From an uncultured Spirochaetia bacterium (GTDB lineage Bacteria > Spirochaetota > JAHITG01 > JAFGFC01), in the NCBI GenBank assembly GCA_964605455.1, contig CAZSCZ010000002.1:1-37990 (forward strand): a stretch of DNA of 37,990 nt. Reading direction: 5' to 3'. A program made the position numbers and the translations under genes. The notes beneath the pieces were generated by a model, which searched no databases, was not told the origin of the DNA, and saw only the letters and a program-made list of their open reading frames with translations. Shown piece after piece: positions 1-8,582 of this stretch; position 1 is the stretch's first letter, and every line of letters starts with the position of its first letter.

Positions 1-804
1 TTATTTTTATCCTGTAAAGTAATAGGTCGCACAGAATTAATTCTTGATATTTTTGCTCAGCATGCAAGAACAAGCGAAGCAAAGATTCAGGTAGAACTCG
101 CACAATTAAAATACCTTCTGCCGCGTCTTACTGGTTATGGTGTTTTACTTTCTCGGCTTGGAGGTGGTATTGGAACACGGGGACCTGGTGAAACAAAACT
201 TGAATATGATAGAAGACATATAATGCGAAGAATATCTGTTCTTCAAAAAAAATTAAAAAAAATAGAAAAACATAGAGAAGTTCTATGGAAAAATAGAAAA
301 TTTAAAGTTGTAACACTTGTTGGTTACACAAATGCAGGAAAAACAACACTTCTTAATACATTAGCGCAAGAAAAACTTAAAACAGAAAACAGACTCTTTG
401 TAACACTTGACCCTACTATAAGAAAAGTTTATCTGGAAGAGAATAATAAGTATGTGCTTATTTCTGATACAGTTGGATTCATAAAAAATATACCCCATTC
501 ACTTGTAGCTTCGTTTAAAGCAACTCTTTCTGAAGTAAAAAATTCAGATTTGATTTTACATATAGTTGATATATGTGATAGAAATATAGATGAGAAAATA
601 AATACAGTAAATGAAGTTCTTTCTGAAATTGGGGTTAATTCGCAGAATTTTTTGATTGTATTCAATAAAATTGATAGGCTAAATGACAATGGGAAAATTA
701 ACCGTTTTTCATCGCTTTTTCCAGACTCTGTTTTTATTTCAGCAAAAGAAAAAATAAATATTGACAAATTAAAAAAAATTATTTTAATTAAGGTAGGGAT
801 ATAG
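1..804 (+). CDS. hflX: GTPase HflX, C-terminal ~267 aa (5' end outside window)
   Basis: Frame 1 is open from nt 1 (...GRTELILDIFAQHARTSEAKIQVELAQLKYLLPRL...GGGIGTRGPGETKLEYDRR). GTPase motifs follow: GYTNAGKTTLLN (G1), DTVGF (G3), NKID (G4). TAG stop at 802-804. Confidence 0.9.
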   Translation, partial: LFLSCKVIGRTELILDIFAQHARTSEAKIQVELAQLKYLLPRLTGYGVLLSRLGGGIGTRGPGETKLEYDRRHIMRRISVLQKKLKKIEKHREVLWKNRKFKVVTLVGYTNAGKTTLLNTLAQEKLKTENRLFVTLDPTIRKVYLEENNKYVLISDTVGFIKNIPHSLVASFKATLSEVKNSDLILHIVDICDRNIDEKINTVNEVLSEIGVNSQNFLIVFNKIDRLNDNGKINRFSSLFPDSVFISAKEKINIDKLKKIILIKVGI

Positions 805-806
805 AA

Positions 807-2612
807 ATGAATTACGATATAGATACAATTAAGAAAAAGATAGGTATTGAAACACTTAATGAGGCTGAACGGAAGAGAATATTTGAAAAATTTGTAAAAG
901 CAGGTGGAAAAATAATTGATGAAAGTTCCAAAAGCAGAGCACTTCATTTTGATAGAGAAAAGCAAAAGGAACTTGTAAAAAAAATAGAAGAGAAAAGAAA
1001 AAAAGCTTTAAAAAAGTATATTGATTGGGAAAAGTATGATATAGCAGAAGAGTATGATGAGCATGAAGAACAAAAGAAGATATCATTCTGGGACAGATTG
1101 TCAATATATTTACGCGGTCTTACAAATGGCACAATAACATTAAGTGGAAAGTTTGTAAATAAAAAGTTTTTTATCTTTATAAAAAAGAATGTAGTGCCAG
1201 CTCTTCAGAGACTTCATTTAGTTGTAAAAGATATTTTTAGCTCAGATGAAGATGTATTAAAAGAGATTAAAAGAGTTTTATACTCTAAAGAAAGATATTA
1301 TTATGAATTACTTCAAAGATATGCTGTGTTTTATAATGAAGATGAATTTAATGGTCTATTATATTTTTTTAGACGAAGTCCATCCAGAAAAGTTACTCCT
1401 AAACATATAGAAGAATCATTAAAAACTATTTTTAAGAAAATTTATCTTTTAAAAGATTTCATTGCAGGTTCATTTATTACATTAAAAACTGCACTTACAA
1501 TTGCATATACAGAGAGAGGCGTAGAAAAGGATGTGCTTGCGCGAAGGATATATTATATTAAACAGGGCTTAAATGTTATATTTTTTCAGCTTTTACCCAA
1601 AATATATTCCTTATCTCTTTTTATTCTTAGGGAAAATGTTCCACTAAATTCAAGAAAATTTGAAAATTACCTTGAAATACGAGAAGAAGAAAAGGTTGGA
1701 TATAAGTCATATAAAGAACTGTTTAAAGAAAAAGAGGAAAAAAAAGAGATAAAAAAATTTAAACCCAAGCAATTAAAAATAGAATATATAAAAAAGCGAT
1801 TTGAAGAACTTACTGATGAAGATATGGAAGTTCTTGAACTTGATGATTTAACTAAATATGGAATTAAATTAATACAAGCTGTAAACTTAAAAGAAATAAA
1901 AGAATTAAGTTCAACAATGATTCCTGTAAATGCCTGTGATGATAGTGATAAAGTTTTAATAACTTATCTTTTACTTAAAGAATTTGAGAAGGAGTATTCG
2001 TTTATGTTGACTTCATACAAAATAAGTATAAATCAGGAATATGTTGAAAATAAACGTATGAATTATAAAGAAATTTTGAGTTCTCTTTATCCCAAATTGA
2101 CGCCTATAAACGAAAGTTTTAGAGAATATTTTGAAACTGTAAGAGCATTAAATGAAATAAAGAAAGATAGTATGATGAATGAAATTGAAAAATATAATAG
2201 AACAAATGTTCTTGAAGGTAAAAGAAGCAAAGTAGGATTTGAAGCCAGAAAAGATACAAAAGAATTTTTAGAAGAGATTAAAAAATATTTTGATAGATTT
2301 ATAATTGATTACAATGGTGAACAAAATTTAATTGATAATCCAGAAGAGGAATTACACTTTGATACAGAAGTTGAAGGCATTAAAAAAGTTGAAGGAAAAA
2401 AAGTAATAGATGCTATTGTGGACGCTGATGCATTTATTTCTGCATTTATTTTTAGGCTTGAAGAAGGTGGAGATCTAAGTGGGATTTCTCCTGATGTAAA
2501 GGAAATAGAAATTCCAAAAACTATCCAAACACATGAGGAAAAGCAAGAGACACAAGAAAGCAATTTCCTTGACGAGCTTTCACAGGTTATTGAACAGAAT
2601 GAGGGTAAATAA
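807..2612 (+). CDS. hypothetical Lys/Glu-rich protein, 601 aa, no recognisable domain
   Basis: Long uninterrupted ORF. ATG lies 2 nt after the hflX stop, with AAGGTAGGG upstream. Its stop abuts the next gene's GTG. I recognise no motif. Confidence 0.7.
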   Translation: MNYDIDTIKKKIGIETLNEAERKRIFEKFVKAGGKIIDESSKSRALHFDREKQKELVKKIEEKRKKALKKYIDWEKYDIAEEYDEHEEQKKISFWDRLSIYLRGLTNGTITLSGKFVNKKFFIFIKKNVVPALQRLHLVVKDIFSSDEDVLKEIKRVLYSKERYYYELLQRYAVFYNEDEFNGLLYFFRRSPSRKVTPKHIEESLKTIFKKIYLLKDFIAGSFITLKTALTIAYTERGVEKDVLARRIYYIKQGLNVIFFQLLPKIYSLSLFILRENVPLNSRKFENYLEIREEEKVGYKSYKELFKEKEEKKEIKKFKPKQLKIEYIKKRFEELTDEDMEVLELDDLTKYGIKLIQAVNLKEIKELSSTMIPVNACDDSDKVLITYLLLKEFEKEYSFMLTSYKISINQEYVENKRMNYKEILSSLYPKLTPINESFREYFETVRALNEIKKDSMMNEIEKYNRTNVLEGKRSKVGFEARKDTKEFLEEIKKYFDRFIIDYNGEQNLIDNPEEELHFDTEVEGIKKVEGKKVIDAIVDADAFISAFIFRLEEGGDLSGISPDVKEIEIPKTIQTHEEKQETQESNFLDELSQVIEQNEGK

Positions 2613-3602
2613 GTGAAAGAGGCTTTGTTCTATAGAAAAATAGATAATGAAAAAGTTCAGTGTATTTTATGTCCACATAACTGTATAATTAGTGAAGGAA
2701 AAACAGGAATTTGTGGTATAAGAAAAAATATAAATAATAAACTTATTGCTACCTCTTATGGTAAAGTTTCTGCAATAGCAGTTGACCCTATTGAGAAAAA
2801 GCCCCTTTATCATTTCTTCCCTTCAAAAAGTGCGCTTTCATTTGGTACAATTGGATGTAATTTTAAATGTCCATATTGTCAAAATTGGCATATCTCTCAA
2901 AATATAAATTATCCTACTGAATATTTATCTCCTGAAGAAGCTGTTGATATAGCATTAAAAAAGAATGTGAAAATAATATCTTATACTTATTCAGAACCTT
3001 TAATCTGGTATGAATGGGTTCTGGAAACTTCCAAAATTGCTTTCAAAAAAGGATTAAAAAATACACTCGTGACCAATGGGTATATTAATCAACAACCGCT
3101 TGAAAAGCTTGTAAAATATATTTATGCTGCAAATATTGATGTTAAAGCATTTAATGAAAAGTTTTATACAGCATTATGTAAAGGTAGACTTGAGTATGTT
3201 AAAAAAAATGTAGAATATCTTTATGATAAAATCCATATTGAACTTACAATGCTTCTAATTCCTAACTGGAATGATAATCCTGAAGAAATAAAAGCATTTG
3301 CTGAATGGGTTGCGTCACTTTCTAAAGATATACCTGTGCACTTCTCACGATATTTCCCTCAGTATAATTTTGATGTTCCACCCACTCCTATTGAAACCTT
3401 AAAAAATGCTTACAATATAGCTAAGAAAGTATTAAATTTTGTTTATATTGGAAATGCAAGAATAGAAGATGCTGATAATACTTACTGTCCATATTGCAAT
3501 AATTTGCTCATTAAAAGAGCAGGTTACTGGGTGGAAATTGTTGGACTTGAAAAAAATATATGTAAAAAATGTAAAAATAAAGTCCCTATAGTTATTGAAT
3601 AA
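2613..3602 (+). CDS. amrS: AmmeMemoRadiSam system radical SAM enzyme (PflA-like activase fold)
   Basis: GTG start directly after TAA 2610-2612. N-terminal Cys cluster QCILCPHNC...GICGIR, radical SAM CX3CX2C in GCNFKCPYCQNW, C-terminal CPYC...CKKC. Overall resemblance to the TIGR04337-type family, judged from memory. Confidence 0.8.
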   Translation: MKEALFYRKIDNEKVQCILCPHNCIISEGKTGICGIRKNINNKLIATSYGKVSAIAVDPIEKKPLYHFFPSKSALSFGTIGCNFKCPYCQNWHISQNINYPTEYLSPEEAVDIALKKNVKIISYTYSEPLIWYEWVLETSKIAFKKGLKNTLVTNGYINQQPLEKLVKYIYAANIDVKAFNEKFYTALCKGRLEYVKKNVEYLYDKIHIELTMLLIPNWNDNPEEIKAFAEWVASLSKDIPVHFSRYFPQYNFDVPPTPIETLKNAYNIAKKVLNFVYIGNARIEDADNTYCPYCNNLLIKRAGYWVEIVGLEKNICKKCKNKVPIVIE

Positions 3603-3608
3603 AAAATT

Positions 3609-4553
3609 ATGAAAATATTTCTTACATCACTTTTTGCAATAATAAAAATATTTTTAATAACTGTTGCAGGATATTTTTTCTTTAAAATAAAAATTTTTAA
3701 AAAATTATATAAACCTTTGCTCTTTTATACAATAAATATATCTATACCTATACTAATTTTGTATCGCCTAATTACTAAATTTAATTTTAATTTATTCATT
3801 GAAACAATTTCTCTGCCATTATATGGACTTCTTCTTATATGGCTTGGATATTTTTTAGGTAAAAAATTTGCTCCATTTTTGAATATTCCTGCTCAAAAAA
3901 GAAATGTATTTGTTTCAATAATGATGTTCAGTAATTGTGGCTATCTTCCTTTACCTTTATTTGAAAGTATATTTAAAGGCGATGATATCGCACTTTCACA
4001 AATTTATGTGTTTTTTATTGGGTTGGTCTATACATCTCTTATATGGTCTATTGGTGTAAATATGCTAACACATTCTGATAAGATATTACAAAAAACAAGA
4101 TTTAAATTAACAGTTCCTTTTTGCGCTGTTATTGCAGGAATCTTTTTATCTTTTTTAAATGTAAAAAATTTACTTGTGCCTGAACTTGAATCATTAATTA
4201 AAATTATAACCAAAAGTGGTGTATTATTAGTAATGTTCATAATGGGCGGTGGATTATCATCAGTAAATCTGAGCCATATTAAAATTGATAATTCTGTAAT
4301 TTTTATTACTCTCTTTAAATTAATTGTATTGCCGCTTTTAGTAGTGCCTGTAATATTTATTATTAAAATGAATCCTGTATTAAAGACAGTATTTATAGTA
4401 GAAGCTGGCGTTCCACCAGCTGTAAATCTCGTAATCATTACTTTAAAATATGGAAAAAGTAAAAATATAGATTTTCTACTTTCAAGTATGATTTCTACAT
4501 ATATAGTTTCTATCTTTACTCTTTCTTTTCTTATATTTATCTCACACTTATAG
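3609..4553 (+). CDS. AEC (auxin efflux carrier) family permease
   Basis: 314 aa with about 10 hydrophobic spans in two halves, typical AEC/Mem_trans size and layout. TAG stop 4551-4553. Confidence 0.65.
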   Translation: MKIFLTSLFAIIKIFLITVAGYFFFKIKIFKKLYKPLLFYTINISIPILILYRLITKFNFNLFIETISLPLYGLLLIWLGYFLGKKFAPFLNIPAQKRNVFVSIMMFSNCGYLPLPLFESIFKGDDIALSQIYVFFIGLVYTSLIWSIGVNMLTHSDKILQKTRFKLTVPFCAVIAGIFLSFLNVKNLLVPELESLIKIITKSGVLLVMFIMGGGLSSVNLSHIKIDNSVIFITLFKLIVLPLLVVPVIFIIKMNPVLKTVFIVEAGVPPAVNLVIITLKYGKSKNIDFLLSSMISTYIVSIFTLSFLIFISHL

Positions 4554-4692
4554 CTCAAGCCTGATATTTATTTCCAGTGGTAGTAATTGTTACTTATTTA
4601 TGAATTTAGTGTTAGACAGAAAACACACAAACTCATATAATTTGAATTTCTGTAAAAGTTTGGTAAAATATAGTAATACTTTGCGAAAATTA

Positions 4693-6039
4693 TTAATATC
4701 TAAAACGTGTAGCAGCATTCCATATTATATCTCTTGAAGGTGAAAATGGGGGAGTATATGCAAAATCTATATTATATAAATCATCAATTTTAAGTCCAGC
4801 ATAAATTGCTGTTCCAATTATATCAATCCTTTTAGCAACTCCTTCTCCACCAATCATTTCTGCGCCAAGTATTTTTTTATTATTTTTATTAACAAATACC
4901 TTTAAAAAAATATTTTTTACATCTGGGAAATAAGATGCTTTAGATTTTCCCTTGATTTTTGTTGAAATATAATTATATCCCTCTTCTATAATTTGTTTTT
5001 CTGTAAGTCCTGTTCGTGCAACTTCCAAATCAAATACTTTTTCAATTATTGTTCCAATTGTCCCATTATAGATTCGTGGTATCCCTGTCATATTATCAGC
5101 TGCAATTTGCGCCTGCTTATCAGTAATTGTAGCAAGTGGAAAATACATCTCTTTCCCTGTGATGATATTATAAGTATGTGTACAATCTCCTGCAGCATAA
5201 ATATGCGGAATAGAGGTTTGCATTCTTTTATTAGTTTTTATTGCACCAATTGAATTAATCTCTATACCAGCAGATTGAGCAAGCTCAATGTCAGGTTTAA
5301 CACCTATACTTAAAACAACAAAATCAACAGGAATTATTTTGCCATCAATAGAAATTTTTTCAACATTTTCTTTTCCAATAAATGCATCAAGTGTTACCCC
5401 TTTAAGTATTTCAACACCATTTTTCTTTAACTCATTTTCAACAAGAGATGCCATATCATTAGAGAAATTGATAAGTATTTGAGGTTCTTTTTCTATTATA
5501 TAAGTTTTAATTCCATTTGAAACAAATGCTTCAGCAAGCGAAAGCCCTATAAGTCCACTACCAATTATTGCGCATTTTTTTGGCTTTTTTTCTTTTATAA
5601 AATTTTTCAACTTAATTGCAGATTTTAAATCCCTAAATGTAAAAATATTTTTAAGGTGTGAACCTTCAATATTGAGTGCCCGTGCTTTTGCACCAGTAGC
5701 AATTAATAATTTGTCATAATGAATAGATTTTCTATTACCAAAGTTTTCAAGCTCTTTTACTATAATTTGTTTTTTTTCAACATCAATTTTTTCCACATAA
5801 TGATTTATAAAAACATCAATATTACGGTTGTTCTTAAAATAAGAAGGTGAATATATCATAAAATCTTCAATCTGCTTCAATGTGCCTTTAATAAAAAAAG
5901 GCATAGCACACAGTCCATAAGAAATAAATGGTGTCTTTTCAAATACAAGGATATCACTATCAGGATTATTTCTTCTTACCTGAGTAGCTGCTCCTAATCC
6001 AGCAGCAACACCACCAATTATTACGAACCGCTCTTTCAT
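4693..6039 (-). CDS. FAD-dependent pyridine nucleotide-disulfide oxidoreductase (CoA-disulfide reductase / NADH oxidase family)
   Basis: N-terminal FAD fold IIGGVAAGLGAA. Redox Cys in SYGLCAMPFF. Second Rossmann motif AIIGSGLIGLSLAE, and AAGDC. ATGA overlap with the upstream CBM48 gene stop. Confidence 0.85.
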   Translation of the reverse strand: MKERFVIIGGVAAGLGAATQVRRNNPDSDILVFEKTPFISYGLCAMPFFIKGTLKQIEDFMIYSPSYFKNNRNIDVFINHYVEKIDVEKKQIIVKELENFGNRKSIHYDKLLIATGAKARALNIEGSHLKNIFTFRDLKSAIKLKNFIKEKKPKKCAIIGSGLIGLSLAEAFVSNGIKTYIIEKEPQILINFSNDMASLVENELKKNGVEILKGVTLDAFIGKENVEKISIDGKIIPVDFVVLSIGVKPDIELAQSAGIEINSIGAIKTNKRMQTSIPHIYAAGDCTHTYNIITGKEMYFPLATITDKQAQIAADNMTGIPRIYNGTIGTIIEKVFDLEVARTGLTEKQIIEEGYNYISTKIKGKSKASYFPDVKNIFLKVFVNKNNKKILGAEMIGGEGVAKRIDIIGTAIYAGLKIDDLYNIDFAYTPPFSPSRDIIWNAATRFRY

Positions 6040-6656
6040 TGTTTTCCTTCAACTATATGGAGAGAATTTAAATCACCATTCATATCTATACCAGTTAAGG
6101 GATTAGCAGGGTCAAGTATCCATTTCCCATCAACAACAAATTGATAAGCATACTCGCCAGGTGAAAGAAATTTTGTTATATACCATATTCCATTTTGATC
6201 TTTTTGCATTTTATCAATCTCAGGATTCCAATTATTAAAATCTCCCACAAGATAAACTTCTTTAGCTTTATCATTGTCATAAGAAAATTTTATATTATAT
6301 TTATGAGGAGGGAATATAACTTTAAGATATGATGCTTCTTTGCCATCAGGAGTTAATTTTTTTATGGGATTTTGCGGGTCAGGAAATTCTTTCCCTTCTA
6401 TCCTAAATCTATAATAATATTCTCCTTCAGTTAACCGAACAGTAGTAAACCAGACTTTATCATAATCTGTATCTGTCATTATATTTATTCCCTCACGCCA
6501 ATCATTGAAATCACCTACTACAGAAATATTTATATAAGATGGCAATTCTTTATTATAATATTCAAACCTAACAATTTCATAATTAATACTAAATGGTTTT
6601 GTGGGTCTATCTTCTATATCGTATTTTTCTTCTAATACAGATTTATACCCCCCCAA
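6036..6656 (-). CDS. CBM48/E-set (glycogen-binding type) tandem-domain protein, distal half of a split gene
   Basis: Two repeats of the pattern VVGDFNDW...YYYRF...DPQNP / LVGDFNNW...YAYQF..DGKWILDPANP. The track start is a TTG with no RBS. The frame stays open upstream to the TAG at 6690-6692. Confidence 0.6.
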   Translation of the reverse strand: MGGYKSVLEEKYDIEDRPTKPFSINYEIVRFEYYNKELPSYINISVVGDFNDWREGINIMTDTDYDKVWFTTVRLTEGEYYYRFRIEGKEFPDPQNPIKKLTPDGKEASYLKVIFPPHKYNIKFSYDNDKAKEVYLVGDFNNWNPEIDKMQKDQNGIWYITKFLSPGEYAYQFVVDGKWILDPANPLTGIDMNGDLNSLHIVEGKQ

Positions 6657-6689
6657 CTGGTCATCAACTTTTTGAGGATTTGCTGGGTC

Positions 6690-7361
6690 CTATTTCCATA
6701 TTCCAACAACTTTAAATTTATAATAATATTTACCACGTGGCAATTGAATTATTCTGCTCCATATGCCATTTTGATTTTTGCTCATAAAATATTGGTCCTT
6801 TTCCCAATTATTAAAAGTGCCAGCAACAGATACATATCGTGCAAATTTATCATTATAAGTAAAAAGCACTCCTTCTTTTGTAACAACAGGTGGAAAAGCA
6901 TTTGTGTATCCAGCATAAATTGATTTTTTATAAAATTTCACTCCTTTTTTTACTACAATAACAGAACGCAAATCCCCAAATTTATCTTTTACAGTATTAG
7001 GATTTTTAGAGTCAATTATCCATACACCATCAATATTAAATTTATATGAATACGTTCCCTCTTTTAGAGGAATTGTTATTGACCATACACCATATTTGTT
7101 TCTTTTCATTATATGGCGATTATCAATCCAATTATTAAAGTCTCCCACAATAGAAACATATTTAGCTTTAGGTGCGTAAACAGAAAAATTGACACCATTA
7201 TCAGTTTCAACTGGTGAAGTAGCATCTCTTCTTAAATCTTCAGGAGGCTCAAATCGGAGAATCCTTCGCTCCTCATCTTCTTCTATACCACCACAAGTGA
7301 TAAAAAGTAAATTTGATGTAATAAATAGTAAAATAATAATAAGAAAATACTTAGTTCTCAT
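6690..7361 (-). CDS. CBM48/E-set tandem-domain lipoprotein, proximal half of a split gene
   Basis: Signal peptide with a probable lipobox (LLFITC|GG). Two CBM48-like repeats (IVGDFNNW...YSYKF..DGVWIIDSKNP; VAGTFNNW...YYYKFKVVGIWK*). The second repeat is cut by TAG just before its DPxNP motif. Confidence 0.75.
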   Translation of the reverse strand: MRTKYFLIIILLFITSNLLFITCGGIEEDEERRILRFEPPEDLRRDATSPVETDNGVNFSVYAPKAKYVSIVGDFNNWIDNRHIMKRNKYGVWSITIPLKEGTYSYKFNIDGVWIIDSKNPNTVKDKFGDLRSVIVVKKGVKFYKKSIYAGYTNAFPPVVTKEGVLFTYNDKFARYVSVAGTFNNWEKDQYFMSKNQNGIWSRIIQLPRGKYYYKFKVVGIWK

Positions 7362-7368
7362 AAAGAAA

Positions 7369-7397
7369 ATATTATTTAATTAACAATTTATTGTCAA
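7369..7397 (-). promoter_or_regulatory. sigma-70-type promoter TTGACA-N17-TAATAT abutting the CBM48 start codon
   Basis: Reverse strand: cttcTTGACAataaattgttaattaaaTAATATtttctttATG. Only 7 nt lie between the -10 box and ATG 7361, and there is no SD. Confidence 0.55.
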
Positions 7398-7454
7398 GAA
7401 GTTTATTTGTTGTAGTAAATGTAATTGTAACTGAGATAATAGATATTATTACCG

Positions 7455-7530
7455 AGACTATTCGGTAATTCAGGAAATAGGAAACACAAAATTTTACAGT
7501 TTTCAGAGCCCTTACTCAAAGGATGTGAGT
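7455..7530. repeat. two-block conserved element, copy A (AGACTATTCGGTAATT ... CCCTTACTCAAAGGATGTGAGT)
   Basis: Block 1 is 7455-7470 and block 2 is 7509-7530. Block 2 forms the hairpin TACTCA/TGAGTA with loop AAGGATG. Both blocks recur at 33004-33060. Confidence 0.5.
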
Positions 7531-7579
7531 AGAATAAATTTTACAAATGATGGACCTGTTATTAATTATAATTAAAAGA

Positions 7580-7611
7580 TAAAAAAATACCCCGCTCAGT
7601 AGGCGGGGTAT
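7580..7611 (-). terminator. rho-independent terminator of the OMP gene
   Basis: 9-bp stem ATACCCCGC (7587-7595) / GCGGGGTAT (7603-7611). On the minus strand it is followed by a run of about 7 U (plus-strand A-run 7581-7587). Confidence 0.8.
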
Positions 7612-7653
7612 TTAGAAATTGTTTTAAATAAAAAAATTTAATCTTATTAAAAA

Positions 7654-8469
7654 TTAAAATCCAATTGCTACACCTAATTTAATATCCAGACTGCTGAATG
7701 GGATCACTTCAGTTCTCTCAATTTTAGGAGCATTGAGGTCTGTAGGGTCATCTGAAGAATCGTCTTCTTTATATTCAGTCTCTTTGTCACGTGTTGTCAA
7801 TGTGTTCATCATATCTGTTCCATTAATAGTATATTTGGTCACTTTCTTTTTAGATGGTTTTAAACCTACTGTATGTAAAAATAGAGATAAAGATAAGCTC
7901 ATTGAATCACTTATTTTATAATCGGCTCCTAATACAGCATTCCAGCCAAAGCCTATATTATATGTGGTTTCATATTCCGCTTCATACGTAACAACACCTT
8001 TTCCAGAATAAGTTTTAATAGTTTTTCCACCAACCGCGATAGTAGGTCCAAATCCTACATAAGGAGTAATTTGTCCAGAGTTCCCTTTTACTTTTAATGT
8101 AATATCAATAGGAATATAGGATGATTTATTTTTGAGAACATCAGTTGTAACAGGTGAAGTTGAATTGTCTGTTTCTTTATCAATATCTTTTTCAGAGCCT
8201 AATACATATCCACCACCAAGTTCAACCCCAAGATTTTCGGTTAAACCAATCAATACACCTAAGCCAAAGTTTAATCCAGCACCACCGGAATAATATATAT
8301 TTTCATTTTTTGTGGTTTTGCCAGAAGTATCAATTTCCTTATCCGTGCCCATTTCTTTTTGATGTATACCGAATCCGTATCCAATCATTGGGCGTAGCTG
8401 AATTTCACCAGCTATAATAAAGCTGGCGCTGAACATAATGATAGTCAAAGTGATAAGTATTCTCTTCAT
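7654..8469 (-). CDS. outer-membrane beta-barrel protein (small porin/OmpW-like class)
   Basis: Signal peptide MKRILITLTIIMFSASFIIA. Alternating Gly/aromatic beta-strand pattern. C-terminal ...LGVAIGF ends in Phe. Strong SD GGAAGGAGGAAAAGT before the ATG. Confidence 0.65.
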   Translation of the reverse strand: MKRILITLTIIMFSASFIIAGEIQLRPMIGYGFGIHQKEMGTDKEIDTSGKTTKNENIYYSGGAGLNFGLGVLIGLTENLGVELGGGYVLGSEKDIDKETDNSTSPVTTDVLKNKSSYIPIDITLKVKGNSGQITPYVGFGPTIAVGGKTIKTYSGKGVVTYEAEYETTYNIGFGWNAVLGADYKISDSMSLSLSLFLHTVGLKPSKKKVTKYTINGTDMMNTLTTRDKETEYKEDDSSDDPTDLNAPKIERTEVIPFSSLDIKLGVAIGF

Positions 8470-8582
8470 ACTTTTCCTCCTTCCTTTGTTTTATTATTTT
8501 TAATTGATTTACTCCCAAGGATATCAGATTATCCTTGTCACCTCCTTTCCTCCTCTAATTTGGGAGTTAAATTTTTTGTCTG

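Larger units (their letters stand above)
6036..7361 (-). pseudogene. alternative reading of the two CDS above: one 4xCBM48 gene interrupted by an in-frame TAG
   Basis: Reverse strand reads ...AAA GTT GTT GGA ATA TGG AAA TAG GAC CCA GCA AAT CCT CAA AAA GTT GAT GAC CAG TTG GGG GGG TAT... The stop is in frame and the missing DPANP motif follows it directly. Confidence 0.5.

Noticed and set aside
429-965. Antisense or shadow ORFs listed in the six-frame track. Examples: 429-965, 856-1104, 2309-2563, 4028-4558, 4993-5253, 6672-6923, 13434-13689, 15025-15408, 18955-19215, 20960-21313, 24536-24937, 25633-25908, 26146-26343, 28769-29047, 31171-31509, 32172-32759, 37672-37854
   Set aside because: Each lies inside and opposite to, or out of frame with, a gene with strong family motifs. 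All have Phe/Ile/Ser/Leu-rich low-complexity translations typical of the reverse strand of AT-rich genes, and none has an RBS.
6690-6692. Possible TAG reassignment (alternative genetic code or pyrrolysine) to explain the in-frame stop in the CBM48 gene
   Set aside because: TAG clearly terminates well-supported genes in the same window: hflX at 802-804, the AEC permease at 4551-4553, and the Fe-ADH homologue at 11603-11605 on the minus strand. No pyl genes are seen. A nonsense mutation, a sequencing variant or local readthrough is more plausible.
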